Of a DNA stretch of 64,000 nt, positions 1-8,975 are shown one piece after another (the first letter of the stretch is position 1; every line of letters begins with the position of its first letter). The stretch is from a candidate division WWE3 bacterium CG08_land_8_20_14_0_20_40_13 (GTDB taxonomy: Bacteria; Patescibacteriota; WWE3; 0-14-0-20-40-13): NCBI GenBank assembly GCA_002774285.1, contig PEYT01000004.1, positions 4,345-68,344 on the forward strand. The letters run 5' to 3'. A model generated the notes under the pieces. That model was not told where the DNA came from and ran no database searches. It saw only the letters and a list, made by a program, of their open reading frames with translations. Position numbers and translations under genes: made by a program.

Positions 1-943
1 AAAGAAAAGTTTTAAGAAGATCAATCTTTTCCGCGGGTTTTCCGCATAAAAGTTTGGCAATCTTTTTATTTGTTAGCGCTTTAATATAACCATCCTCCTG
101 CCCCATAATGTAATCTGCAATGAAAATCGGTTTTCCTAAGAGTCCTGCCTCCACAGACATTTGGGCAACGGAAAAGGCAAGAACGCATCTGCTTTTAGCC
201 ACCCAATCAGCCATTTCTTGTTCATTTAACCAACTTAAAAACCGCAAATTTCTTCTATTTTTAAACTCTTTTGATTTTTTTTCATAAAATTTTGTGTTTT
301 TTCCGCAGACAAAAACGAATGTGTAGGGAGTATCCTTAAATGTTTCCGACATGATTTTGATATATTTATCCGTTTTATGTATCCATCCGCCACCCGCTGT
401 GACAAGAATGATATTCTCCGTATTTGTTTTGGGGTTGAAATAAAAAGCCGGTCGGGCTAAAGGTCCCGAAAGAAAGATGTCGCTTTTTTTAACTCCCATC
501 TTTTGCACTTTGGAAAGGTCGTTTGGCCAGAAAGCCAAGTATTTATCGGCGCGCGGCTTTGCCATATATGCCATGTGAAGCACTGGGTCCAAAAGAACCA
601 TCATTGTTTTGGCGTGGCAAACTGGATGAATAAACGGATGTGTTGATATTACAAGATCGAATGATTCAAGGTTACACTTTAATTTTCCTAATCTTTTTTC
701 CAAGCCATGAGTTGCCGCTTCTATGTAAAGGTTGGCGACGGGCATTCTATCGGTAAGATTAAAAAGAGATCGGTAACTTTTTGGGGATTTGGTTAATATC
801 TTGTAAAGATCTCCGTTTACTTTGGGGATAACATCAAAAACCTGCGCCGAATGACCCCAGATTTTTATCCAAGATTCCAAAGCTGTCGCAACAGAAAAAT
901 GACCTTGTCCTCCGGTTCCGGTTAATACCGCAATTTTTTTCAT
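1..943 (-). CDS. GT28-family glycosyltransferase (MGDG synthase/UgtP-like), partial; the 3' end runs off the window
   Basis: Not in the ORF track because no stop lies in the window. The minus-strand ATG at 941-943 gives MKKIAVLTGTGGQGHFSVATALESW..., matching the N-terminal G-rich motif of MGDG-synthase/MurG-like GT28 enzymes. The frame stays open to position 1. Confidence 0.5.
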   Translation of the reverse strand, partial: MKKIAVLTGTGGQGHFSVATALESWIKIWGHSAQVFDVIPKVNGDLYKILTKSPKSYRSLFNLTDRMPVANLYIEAATHGLEKRLGKLKCNLESFDLVISTHPFIHPVCHAKTMMVLLDPVLHMAYMAKPRADKYLAFWPNDLSKVQKMGVKKSDIFLSGPLARPAFYFNPKTNTENIILVTAGGGWIHKTDKYIKIMSETFKDTPYTFVFVCGKNTKFYEKKSKEFKNRRNLRFLSWLNEQEMADWVAKSRCVLAFSVAQMSVEAGLLGKPIFIADYIMGQEDGYIKALTNKKIAKLLCGKPAEKIDLLKTFL

Positions 944-950
944 GCGCAAG

Positions 951-1730
951 TCACTTTAGCTCAAATGTTACAGTTACCGTTTTTTGAATATTTGTTGACC
1001 CGGGCTCCACAGGAACGCTTCCACCTCCGCCCATTCTGCCATAATCTGCTTTAAGCACAGGGTAGGGTGACGATGTTCCGCCTTCGGCCACATTTAATAC
1101 TTCACCAAGCCTTTTTCCCGAGGATCTAGCTATTATGTCGGCTTTACTTCTTGCATCATTTATCGCCTCTCCAAGCAAGGATTTTTCTATTTCTTTAGTA
1201 TCTTCTATGGAAAAGCTGGGGCCATATACATTGGTGGCTCCCGATCCTGCCAAGAGTGTTGCTAAATCGGAGGCTCTTTTTACATCTTTAAGATTTATGG
1301 TTACTGTGTTCAAAACATTCCATTGTCCGGGTTTATATTTTTGACGGTCTCCTTCGTACACATAATCCTGATTTTGATAAATACTTAAATTTTGCGTTTG
1401 GATATCCGTTTCCGCGATTCCAAAATCTTTAACCGCTTTGGTAATGGCAGAAATTTTGTCATTAACTTCCGCTATAGCCTTTTCTTTACTATCGTTGTAT
1501 GTGCTAACGCCGGCAGAATACGAAGCCACTTGATTGGCCTCCTTTTTCTCTGACATTCCAGAAACAGTTACCGATTTCTGATAGCTGTAAGTTAGGTTTC
1601 CCCAATTAATATTCCGCCACGGAAAAAGATATGAAAGAAGAAGAATGATAACCGTTGTAAATAAAACCAAAATCATTGCCTGCAGTGGAAGTTTTGAAAA
1701 ATTCATATTCGTATTATAGATATGAAACAA
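951..1730 (-). CDS. SIMPL/DUF541-like periplasmic protein with an N-terminal TM anchor
   Basis: 259-aa ORF with a TM helix followed by a soluble domain. The family call is from memory of the sequence pattern. It lies 5 nt downstream of the upstream glycosyltransferase start, so probably the same operon. Confidence 0.4.
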   Translation of the reverse strand: MFHIYNTNMNFSKLPLQAMILVLFTTVIILLLSYLFPWRNINWGNLTYSYQKSVTVSGMSEKKEANQVASYSAGVSTYNDSKEKAIAEVNDKISAITKAVKDFGIAETDIQTQNLSIYQNQDYVYEGDRQKYKPGQWNVLNTVTINLKDVKRASDLATLLAGSGATNVYGPSFSIEDTKEIEKSLLGEAINDARSKADIIARSSGKRLGEVLNVAEGGTSSPYPVLKADYGRMGGGGSVPVEPGSTNIQKTVTVTFELK

Positions 1731-1992
1731 ACTTAAGCTATTAATGATCTTATCGTATCAAAAATTAAAAAGAAAAGAAAATAGAAAAGCGGCATCCACA
1801 ATTATATTTGGACACCGCCTTCCTGGGGGTAATGGAAAGTGGTTACTTTTTGCCCTTCTTTGCTTTCTTCTTTTTTGCAGCCACAATTTCTCACCTCCTT
1901 GGGTAAATATATTGAGACGAAATTTAATCGATTCTCAATGATTTAAATTAAAGACTATTTATTTTGGGAGTCAATAGATACTTTGTCGGGAA

Positions 1993-2538
1993 TTATTCGC
2001 GGCAACAGTTTATGGCTTTTGTAACAAGGTTTCCAAGGGTATCAAAAATGGAAGACTTAAAAATAATTTTTGAAATTTTTTTATCATCTTTTAAAAAATT
2101 AATATTTGTATCGTCAATTTTTGGAAGGGATTTCTTATCGATAACTTTTAGATTTAATCCCCAAAAAAGACTATACAATTTGTAAGCCTTATCAAACATT
2201 CCTTGCGCCTCTTTATTGTCCCCTTTTCCTAGCATTTTTGTTCCAACTTCAATAAGGCGCATGGATCCGGCTAGGAGATGTTTGCTAATGCACCATATTT
2301 CCCCTTCGTAATCTTTAACAATTTTTGCTAAAAGTTCCTTGCGCATTTCACGAACCTCTCTTAAAATTTCATAATATCTTTCTTTTTTTGTTTTTTCCGC
2401 GGTAAAAAAAAGATGTTCCTCGATGCTGATTAAATTCATTATCCCGATAGATAAATCTTCATCAGAGGAAAGATCCAGCTTTCCACCGTTTTCTAATTTT
2501 TTCACTTTTTCCAGAAGCTCGTTTACATCGTTAGTCAT
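1993..2538 (-). CDS. hypothetical soluble protein (181 aa)
   Basis: Clean ORF with a 4-nt ATGA overlap onto the upstream membrane protein gene. I recognise no domain. Confidence 0.45.
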   Translation of the reverse strand: MTNDVNELLEKVKKLENGGKLDLSSDEDLSIGIMNLISIEEHLFFTAEKTKKERYYEILREVREMRKELLAKIVKDYEGEIWCISKHLLAGSMRLIEVGTKMLGKGDNKEAQGMFDKAYKLYSLFWGLNLKVIDKKSLPKIDDTNINFLKDDKKISKIIFKSSIFDTLGNLVTKAINCCRE

Positions 2539-3035
2539 ATTGTTAAGTATAACGCTAGGCTTAAAACAAGTAAAAGCGAAACTGGGACGATAACCTTTTG
2601 ATAAGGAAAATATACTGTGCCTTGGTTTTTTCTTCTCAAAAAATTCTCAATCCCTTGGGAAATAATGAAAGTTACTAGCCCTAGGAAGATTCCCAAGGCT
2701 AATTTGTCTACGCCAAGGACTTTATTTAACGGATTGCCAAAAAAATCTTTAAGATACAAGGGTGCTACGATCAAAATCAACATCGCAATGGTTGAAATTA
2801 CTTCTCTGTTTGGAACTGCAACTTTTTTTCTTTCCAAAAAAGTAGCCAGCCATAATCCGGAAGCTATTATCATGGCTCCAATCCATAATCCCGTGATAAT
2901 GTCATCAACTCCAAAATACCGAGAAAGTCCTATCCCCGCGCCAACGGCTAGTGTACAAACCGGACAGACAGCGAAAGCGCTTTGCGCAAAAAAGAAAAGT
3001 GAGAATAAGAGAAAGAAAAAAGCAACAGCAATCAT
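2535..3035 (-). CDS. polytopic membrane protein with a CPVC motif (DsbB/VKOR-like partner?)
   Basis: About 4 predicted TM segments, with CxxC (CPVC) just after TM1. The likely start is MIAVAFFF, not the upstream M of the track ORF. Immediately downstream of a thioredoxin-fold gene. Confidence 0.4.
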   Translation of the reverse strand: MIAVAFFFLLFSLFFFAQSAFAVCPVCTLAVGAGIGLSRYFGVDDIITGLWIGAMIIASGLWLATFLERKKVAVPNREVISTIAMLILIVAPLYLKDFFGNPLNKVLGVDKLALGIFLGLVTFIISQGIENFLRRKNQGTVYFPYQKVIVPVSLLLVLSLALYLTI

Positions 3036-3036
3036 A

Positions 3037-3444
3037 TTACGGCAACCCGGCCTTACTTCGTAAGTAATTTTTTGCTTCATCAATTCCTATAAAACATTTG
3101 CCATTGGCGAACAAAAAGGGAACCCCGACGGTTTCCATGCCTAGGTTGCAGGATTTTGCTACCTCAACGAGTTCTTTGGAATTTTTGGCATTGCCATAAA
3201 CTTCTTTTTCTTCGAAATTTACTTTTTCTTTAATTTTATTTTCTTCAATGTATTTTGCTAAATCTTTGCAATGGGGACAAGTATTACCAAAGTAGAGAAC
3301 AGTTTTCGAGGTATCTATTTTGGAAGCGGGTTTACCGGATAATGAGGATACTGCCAAAAAAGCTAATCCTGCCACAATAAAAATTAATCCGCTAAAGGTT
3401 AATTTCCCCATGCCGAGAAATCTATCAAATATATCGATGTTCAT
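3037..3444 (-). CDS. membrane-anchored thioredoxin/glutaredoxin-fold protein (CPHC active site)
   Basis: N-terminal TM helix, then a CPHC motif inside ...LYFGNTCPHCKDLAKY... The start is taken at MNIDIF (3444) rather than the track start at 3627, because the upstream 60 codons look like non-coding read-through. Confidence 0.5.
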   Translation of the reverse strand: MNIDIFDRFLGMGKLTFSGLIFIVAGLAFLAVSSLSGKPASKIDTSKTVLYFGNTCPHCKDLAKYIEENKIKEKVNFEEKEVYGNAKNSKELVEVAKSCNLGMETVGVPFLFANGKCFIGIDEAKNYLRSKAGLP

Positions 3445-3610
3445 CAATGACTTATCGTTTTTCAGTAAATAGGGGGGTTCCCGATTAGTACAGTTTGTTA
3501 TTGTAAAAAGCATCTTAAAGAGAGTAGTATACAGGAAGTGATACAATTTGGGGGGTTCGCACACAAGGATTTTATAAGATGAGTAGCCGTGTGAGGAACT
3601 CCTTAAATGT

Positions 3611-4882
3611 ATGAGTACAAGCACCAAAAATCAAAGCAAAATATTGGTGGATATAGGGTCTTCTACTGTTAAGGTCTACAAGCAGAAAGGAAGTGCTGTC
3701 AGCCCGCTTTTTACAAGGTCGATACCATTTAAGGAGCGGTTTGATCAAGATATAGGAATTTATGAGCCAAACAAGACCGAGCTTTTTGAACTTCTTAACG
3801 AGATTAAGGACAAACACCCAGATTCACAAATAAAGTTATACGCGACCGCTTTATATCGAAAACTTACCACAAAGGCAAAAACAGAATTGATATATGAGGT
3901 GTTTGTGAGAACTGGACTATTCTTTAACATAATCTCCCACGAGCTGGAGAACTTCTATTTAGAGATCGCCCTTGTAGGAAAATATACTAAAGATGAGCCT
4001 GTTTTGCTTGTCAATATCGGGGGTGGTTCCACGGAACTTGTCGCCATGTATGGAAACGAAGCGGTAGAAAAACGCAATATAGATTTTGGGGTTGGAACTA
4101 TACTTACAAATTTTCCAAAGTTAAACGAAAATTATTCTGGCCATGATTTGCAAGAAGTAGTTGAGAGCATCAAAGAAAAATTACCGGAACTGCAAAATGG
4201 GTTTAGTACCGCTATTTACAATGGTGGGGAATTGACCTATATGAGGCTTGCAAAATATAAATTAGATAAAAACTTAATTTTTTCGGATCCGAATCACCCA
4301 AATACAATCTCTGCCGAATATTTTCTCAAGAGGAATAGGGAAATCTATAGCGAAGTGTCAATTAACGACCTAAAAAACCTAATGCCCGACAATCCTAATT
4401 GGATGTTGGGATCCAGAGCTTGCTGTGCCATTGCGCAAGCCGTGTTCGATAAATACAATGTAAAAACAATCGTCCCGTCAGATTCGAATTTGATCGATGG
4501 TGTTGTAAGACAGGAGTTTAGGTATGTAACAATAAGCGGTAGCTTTAGAAAACATCTGCCCTACATCTTAGAAGCAAGAAAGAAACTTGTGGAAGGAAAG
4601 GTCCAAGTTTTAAGCTCACGTTTTACCGAGCCAAAGAATCCCGGGGAGGAATTTGTAGTTTTTACTGGGGAGGAGAACGCAACACCCTTGGAATTGGAAA
4701 GGCACCACCTAGATTCAATTAATAGGTCAGATGCTTTGATAGTATGCGATCCTGAAGGATATGTAGGAGCTTCTGCTTTAATCGAGATTGGATATGCGCA
4801 ATCAATTGGTAAAAGGATAATATTTACAGAAAAACCCGAAGAATTCATGCTCAACACTTTGCCACGGGAGGTTGGTTTGTAG
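3611..4882 (+). CDS. Ppx/GppA-type (ASKHA) phosphatase domain fused to a C-terminal nucleoside 2-deoxyribosyltransferase/DNPH1-like domain
   Basis: N-terminus ILVDIGSSTVKVY and LLVNIGGGSTEL are the two ASKHA phosphate-binding loops of the Ppx/GppA family. The C-terminus ...ALIVCDPEGYVGASALIEIGYAQSIGKRIIF matches the E-x-G-[YF]-A-x-x-x-G-K-P NDT-fold signature. Confidence 0.5.
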   Translation: MSTSTKNQSKILVDIGSSTVKVYKQKGSAVSPLFTRSIPFKERFDQDIGIYEPNKTELFELLNEIKDKHPDSQIKLYATALYRKLTTKAKTELIYEVFVRTGLFFNIISHELENFYLEIALVGKYTKDEPVLLVNIGGGSTELVAMYGNEAVEKRNIDFGVGTILTNFPKLNENYSGHDLQEVVESIKEKLPELQNGFSTAIYNGGELTYMRLAKYKLDKNLIFSDPNHPNTISAEYFLKRNREIYSEVSINDLKNLMPDNPNWMLGSRACCAIAQAVFDKYNVKTIVPSDSNLIDGVVRQEFRYVTISGSFRKHLPYILEARKKLVEGKVQVLSSRFTEPKNPGEEFVVFTGEENATPLELERHHLDSINRSDALIVCDPEGYVGASALIEIGYAQSIGKRIIFTEKPEEFMLNTLPREVGL

Positions 4883-5293
4883 GAAAGTGAGAATATGGGT
4901 CGTATCCGGGGTAGGCTTCAGTTTCTACGATAAGTAAACTAGTCACCAATCCGGAAAATTCCGTTTGCAACACACACCCGACAAGTTCTCTAGCAACTAC
5001 CAGAGAGGGACGAACAAAGAAATTTCGACCTAGGGGCGTAAATTGTCAGATTTTTTCCCATGATCCCCTCCAGTGATTTTTTGTGAACTCTCCACGCCCG
5101 CGTCAGACGCGGTGTGGCATCTTCCTCCGCTTTCGTCAAGTAGGACTTGACGAAAGTATTTATAGGATTCATCCACACCCCCCAGCAATGCTCGATGATG
5201 GGGCTTTCTCTAAATCTTGGAGAATCCATTGTGAATTTTATCACAACACTTCGCTAAACATAGGTTGGAAAAGTTGTTATAATAAAAGAGGAG

Positions 5294-5887
5294 GTGATGA
5301 TTATGATCTTTTTAATCCCGTTAATTGTTGTTATTGGCGTTGCTTTGTACGCTGTTTCGGTTTACAATTTTTTGGCTTCGGCTAAAGTTAGAATAAAAGC
5401 GGCCATTCAGGAGATTGGAAATCAGCTAAAGCGTCAGGCAGAGCTTATTCCAAATCTTATCGAAGCGACCAAAGGGTATATGAAGCACGAAAAGGAAATC
5501 TTTGAAATGCTTTCTAAGGCCCGCCAAAAAGTAGACTCCGCTGTAAAATCGGGAAAGGTTTCTGATATGGTTTTGGCAAACGACTCTTTGGTCAAGATGA
5601 TTCCGCAACTTACAGCAACATTTGAAAGTAATCCAGAAATTAAAGCCAGCGAAGTAGTAAAAGATTTAATGAGTAATCTTACCGATACTTCGGACAAGGT
5701 CTCTTACTCACGCAGACTTTTGATAGACTTGACTGCGGATTACAATGCAAAGCTTGTTACTGTCCCATCCAGCTTTGTGGCTGGTTTGTTTGGATTTAAA
5801 GCCGAAGAAGGGCTTAAGATGTTAGACGCAGGTTTGTCGCTAGAGGTTTCGGTAAACGAGGTAAAGACACCCAAAGTTAGTTTGTGA
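5294..5887 (+). CDS. lemA: LemA family protein
   Basis: N-terminal TM helix plus LemA-like helical domain (…NFLASAKVRIKAAIQEIGNQLKRQAELIPNLIEATKGYMKHE…). Confidence 0.7.
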   Translation: MMIMIFLIPLIVVIGVALYAVSVYNFLASAKVRIKAAIQEIGNQLKRQAELIPNLIEATKGYMKHEKEIFEMLSKARQKVDSAVKSGKVSDMVLANDSLVKMIPQLTATFESNPEIKASEVVKDLMSNLTDTSDKVSYSRRLLIDLTADYNAKLVTVPSSFVAGLFGFKAEEGLKMLDAGLSLEVSVNEVKTPKVSL

Positions 5888-5943
5888 TTAATAATTCGGG
5901 AGGATCCCGTTTCGGGATCCTCCCGAATTGGGATCCTCCCGGT

Positions 5944-6855
5944 TTTATGGCCCAAATAATCAATTTTTACGAACGGCAAAGTGAAAATATTGCCAAAACA
6001 TTTGGCCTTTTAATAGGTTTTGTGGTTCTTTTTTCTCTTTTCGCTTATTTTATAGGTTACATCTATAACGGCTCCCAGTATTTTTTGCCATTCGCTTTTC
6101 TTTTTTCGCTTGGCACTTCATTTGTCAGTTTCTATTTTAGTGAATCCATTGTTCTTGCCGCCTCCAAAGCACATAAAGCAAGTAAAAAAGAATATTTTAA
6201 TTTTTATACCGTGGTCGAAAACATCTCTCTTGGAACTGGACTTCCGATGCCAAAGCTATATGTGATAGATGATTCTGCCCCAAACGCCTTTGCAACCGGA
6301 AGAGATAAACATCACGCCTCGATCGTCGCGACAACGGGGCTTTTGGAATCACTTAATCGCCCGGAATTAGAAGGGGTCATGGCGCACGAACTTTCTCATG
6401 TAGGAAATAACGATATGTTACTTATGACGGTTGTCGCGGTTCTTGTCGGTACCGTTGTTATGGTCATGGATTGGTTTTGGCGGGTGCGGATTAGAGTGGG
6501 GGATGACGACGATAAAAAATCAGGCGCAATTTTTCTTGTTATCGCTTTAGTTTTCGCAATTTTAACACCCCTAATTGCCCAGCTTATTAAATTTGCGATT
6601 TCCAGACAAAGGGAGTTTTTGGCGGATGCAACGGCCGTTAAATACACAAGAAATCCTACCGGTTTAGTAAATGCTCTAATAAAGGTCGCAAGTTCAAAGG
6701 AACCTTTGGAAGTTGCAAATAAGGCGACCGCTCATTTATATTTTGAAAATCCCTTAGATAATGTGCAAGGAAGCGAAGGCGTCGGCTTTCTGAAGAATCT
6801 CTTTTCAACCCACCCACCGGTTTCCGAGCGCATCAAAAGACTTCAAGAAATGTAA
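5944..6855 (+). CDS. htpX: HtpX-like M48 zinc metalloprotease
   Basis: HELSH zinc motif, TM helices and an overall HtpX pattern. The start is taken at MAQIINF (5944). The 20 codons upstream in the track ORF (from 5884) are encoded by a palindromic repeat and are probably not translated. Confidence 0.7.
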   Translation, partial: FMAQIINFYERQSENIAKTFGLLIGFVVLFSLFAYFIGYIYNGSQYFLPFAFLFSLGTSFVSFYFSESIVLAASKAHKASKKEYFNFYTVVENISLGTGLPMPKLYVIDDSAPNAFATGRDKHHASIVATTGLLESLNRPELEGVMAHELSHVGNNDMLLMTVVAVLVGTVVMVMDWFWRVRIRVGDDDDKKSGAIFLVIALVFAILTPLIAQLIKFAISRQREFLADATAVKYTRNPTGLVNALIKVASSKEPLEVANKATAHLYFENPLDNVQGSEGVGFLKNLFSTHPPVSERIKRLQEM

Positions 6856-6881
6856 AGAATCCTTTAGCTGATACCATTTTC

Positions 6882-6910
6882 TCTTCCACTTCGGAAGTGG
6901 AAGATTTTTT
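6882..6910 (+). terminator. rho-independent terminator downstream of htpX
   Basis: 10-bp stem TCTTCCACTT / AAGTGGAAGA around a CGG loop, followed by TTTTTTGG. Confidence 0.6.
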
Positions 6911-6962
6911 GGTGCTACGAATCAAATCTCACCCAAAGGCAAGTCCTTGATTGTAGCAGGCG

Positions 6963-7226
6963 TCATAGACGATGTCTGTGATTTCTTCTTCTGGACGGCG
7001 TGGTGGTGGATGTCCGGTCTGTTGGAGTGATCCTCATGCCGTCCCAGCAAGCGAGCTTGAAGTTTACCCCGTTTGCTGTAGCAAGTGCTGACTGACCACT
7101 CACATCAAGAACCACCGCCTCAACATCCGTTTCCACATGTTGATCACTGGCGCCGGCGTGGATGATTACAACCTGTCCACGCTGTAGGTTTTCAATTACT
7201 GCCCCCCCCCGCGGCGTATCCGGTCA
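6963..7226 (-). CDS. small hypothetical ORF (87 aa), paralogous to 18996..19355; not in the supplied ORF track
   Basis: I translated it by hand: MTGYAAGGAVIENLQRGQVVIIHAGASDQ...NGVNFKLACWDG...; 88 codons with no in-frame stop. It shares the N-terminal M-x-x-x-AAGG and a VVLDVSGQSALATANGVNFKL ~ IVLGAITGHTCQGLGNLRVKI block with the 19355 ORF. It carries a C8 tract at 7202-7209. The region is GC-rich. Confidence 0.3.
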
Positions 7227-7317
7227 TTCCATGGCAAGGCATTTTAGTTCTCCTTTCTATCGGAAATATGAGATGAGCTGAAGCAGTGGTGGGACAAAGA
7301 TGATCCCAATTTGAGAT

Positions 7318-8322
7318 TTAAACTGTATTTATGGGATTGCCTTCGATAAAAGATTCAATATTCAAAACTGTAGTATCAAGAATTCTTTGCAACGCTTCTT
7401 TGGAATTAAAAGCGTTATGTGGGGTAACAATAACATTTGGCAAATTTACCAAAACATGATTTTGCGCCAATGTTAAAAGATTATGTCTTTCTGTTGTCCC
7501 TTTTGTTAATAGCTCCCGTTCCTCCGCCAAAAAAGATTCTTCCTCCAAGACATCAAGACCAGCTCCGGCGATCTTTCCTGATTTTAGAGCGTTAAAAAGA
7601 GCTTGCGTTTCAATTAGCCCTCCTCTTGCGGTATTTATCAAATACGTCCCGTCCTTCATTAAATTAATATTCTTGTCGTTTATTATATGTTTGGTTTCTT
7701 CACAGGAAGGGCAATGTAGAGTCACGATATCAGATTCCGCGAGAACTTCATTTAAAGATTTATAAGCAAAGCCTAGATATTTTTCTAAGTCCTTTTTGGG
7801 GAATGGGTCAAAGGCTATAGCATTCATGCCAAAACCTTTGGCAATTTTTATTACATTAACCCCAATTTTTCCGGTTCCAATAACTCCTAAGGTTTTTCCT
7901 TTTAGATCAAATCCTGTAAGACCGGTGGGATCAAACGATCCCATCTTGACCCGCATTGTCGATTCAATAATTCTTTTCATTAATGTCAAGATCAGGGCAA
8001 AAGTATGTTCAGCGACAGTATTAGATCCATACTCCGGTACATTGCAAACAGTAATGCCCTTTTTTTTGCAGTATTTAATATCAATATGATCAAACCCGGT
8101 AGATTGAGTAACAATAAGTTTTACTTTAGGAAGTTTTTCTAAGATCTCTTTGGAAAATTTGGAATAGACAAATCCCGAAAGTATTTCGCATTTTTCAACT
8201 AGTGTAATATCCACTTGGGAGACAGGTCTATCAAAAAGGACCAGTTCGCATTTATTGGGAAGCGCTTTTTGGAAAAACAATTTTTCTTTTTCGTCGGTGT
8301 CAAAAAAGGCAGTGCGGATCAT
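7318..8322 (-). CDS. D-isomer-specific 2-hydroxyacid dehydrogenase (D-lactate/phosphoglycerate dehydrogenase family)
   Basis: NAD-binding GxGxxG (GTGKIGVNV) and the catalytic-domain pattern of the D-2-hydroxyacid dehydrogenase family. Confidence 0.75.
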   Translation of the reverse strand: MIRTAFFDTDEKEKLFFQKALPNKCELVLFDRPVSQVDITLVEKCEILSGFVYSKFSKEILEKLPKVKLIVTQSTGFDHIDIKYCKKKGITVCNVPEYGSNTVAEHTFALILTLMKRIIESTMRVKMGSFDPTGLTGFDLKGKTLGVIGTGKIGVNVIKIAKGFGMNAIAFDPFPKKDLEKYLGFAYKSLNEVLAESDIVTLHCPSCEETKHIINDKNINLMKDGTYLINTARGGLIETQALFNALKSGKIAGAGLDVLEEESFLAEERELLTKGTTERHNLLTLAQNHVLVNLPNVIVTPHNAFNSKEALQRILDTTVLNIESFIEGNPINTV

Positions 8323-8346
8323 ATCAATTAGTATAGAATATATAGA

Positions 8347-8973
8347 ATGCGAAAGGAAATAGAAATTATAGAAATATTAAAAAAGCAAAGACCCGATGCT
8401 GTTTCAGAATTAAGTTGGATAACGCCTTTGGATTTTATGGTGGCGGTAATTCTTTCGGCGCAGGCGACAGATAAAGGTGTTAACAAGATTACCCCGAGAC
8501 TCTTTGAGAAATATAAAGCCGTTAATGATTATCTTAAGATATCGCTTGAAGAATTAGAGAAAGATATATCGTCGATTAACTTTTTTAGGACGAAAGCCAA
8601 AAGGATCAAAGAGGCCTGTAATGTCATCATGAATAAGTTTCATGGGAAAATTCCGCAAACAATGGAAGAATTATTGACGATTCCCGGACTTGGAAGAAAA
8701 AGCGCCAATGTCATTTTGATAAATGTTTTTGATAAAATTGAAGGTGTTGTAGTGGACACTCATATCACTAGAGTTTCTCAAAGATTGGGATTAACAAAAG
8801 AGAAAGACGCGGTAAAAATCGAAAGGGATTTAATGAAAATTTATCCCAAAATATATTGGGCAGCCGTCTCGCATTTGTTTGTGCTCCACGGGAGATATGT
8901 TTGTAAATCCAGAAAGCCGGATTGCGTGGGGTGTTTAATTAACAAGTATTGTCCTTGGTACAGGCCGAATTAA
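8347..8973 (+). CDS. nth: endonuclease III
   Basis: HhH-GPD fold with the C-terminal 4Fe-4S cluster loop C-x6-C-x2-C-x5-C (CKSRKPDCVGCLINKYC). Confidence 0.8.
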   Translation: MRKEIEIIEILKKQRPDAVSELSWITPLDFMVAVILSAQATDKGVNKITPRLFEKYKAVNDYLKISLEELEKDISSINFFRTKAKRIKEACNVIMNKFHGKIPQTMEELLTIPGLGRKSANVILINVFDKIEGVVVDTHITRVSQRLGLTKEKDAVKIERDLMKIYPKIYWAAVSHLFVLHGRYVCKSRKPDCVGCLINKYCPWYRPN

Positions 8974-8975
8974 AT

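Noticed and set aside
5275-5283. TGtTATAAT extended -10 immediately upstream of lemA
   Set aside because: A start site 7 nt downstream would fall inside the AAGAGGAGG Shine-Dalgarno, so it is probably not the functional promoter unless the ATG at 5303 is used without that SD. Not called.
5884-5943. Track start of the htpX ORF at 5884 (MINNSGGSRFGILPNWDPPGF...)
   Set aside because: These 20 codons are encoded entirely by the CGGGAGGATCCCG palindromic repeat and overlap the lemA stop. HtpX homology begins at MAQIINF (5944).
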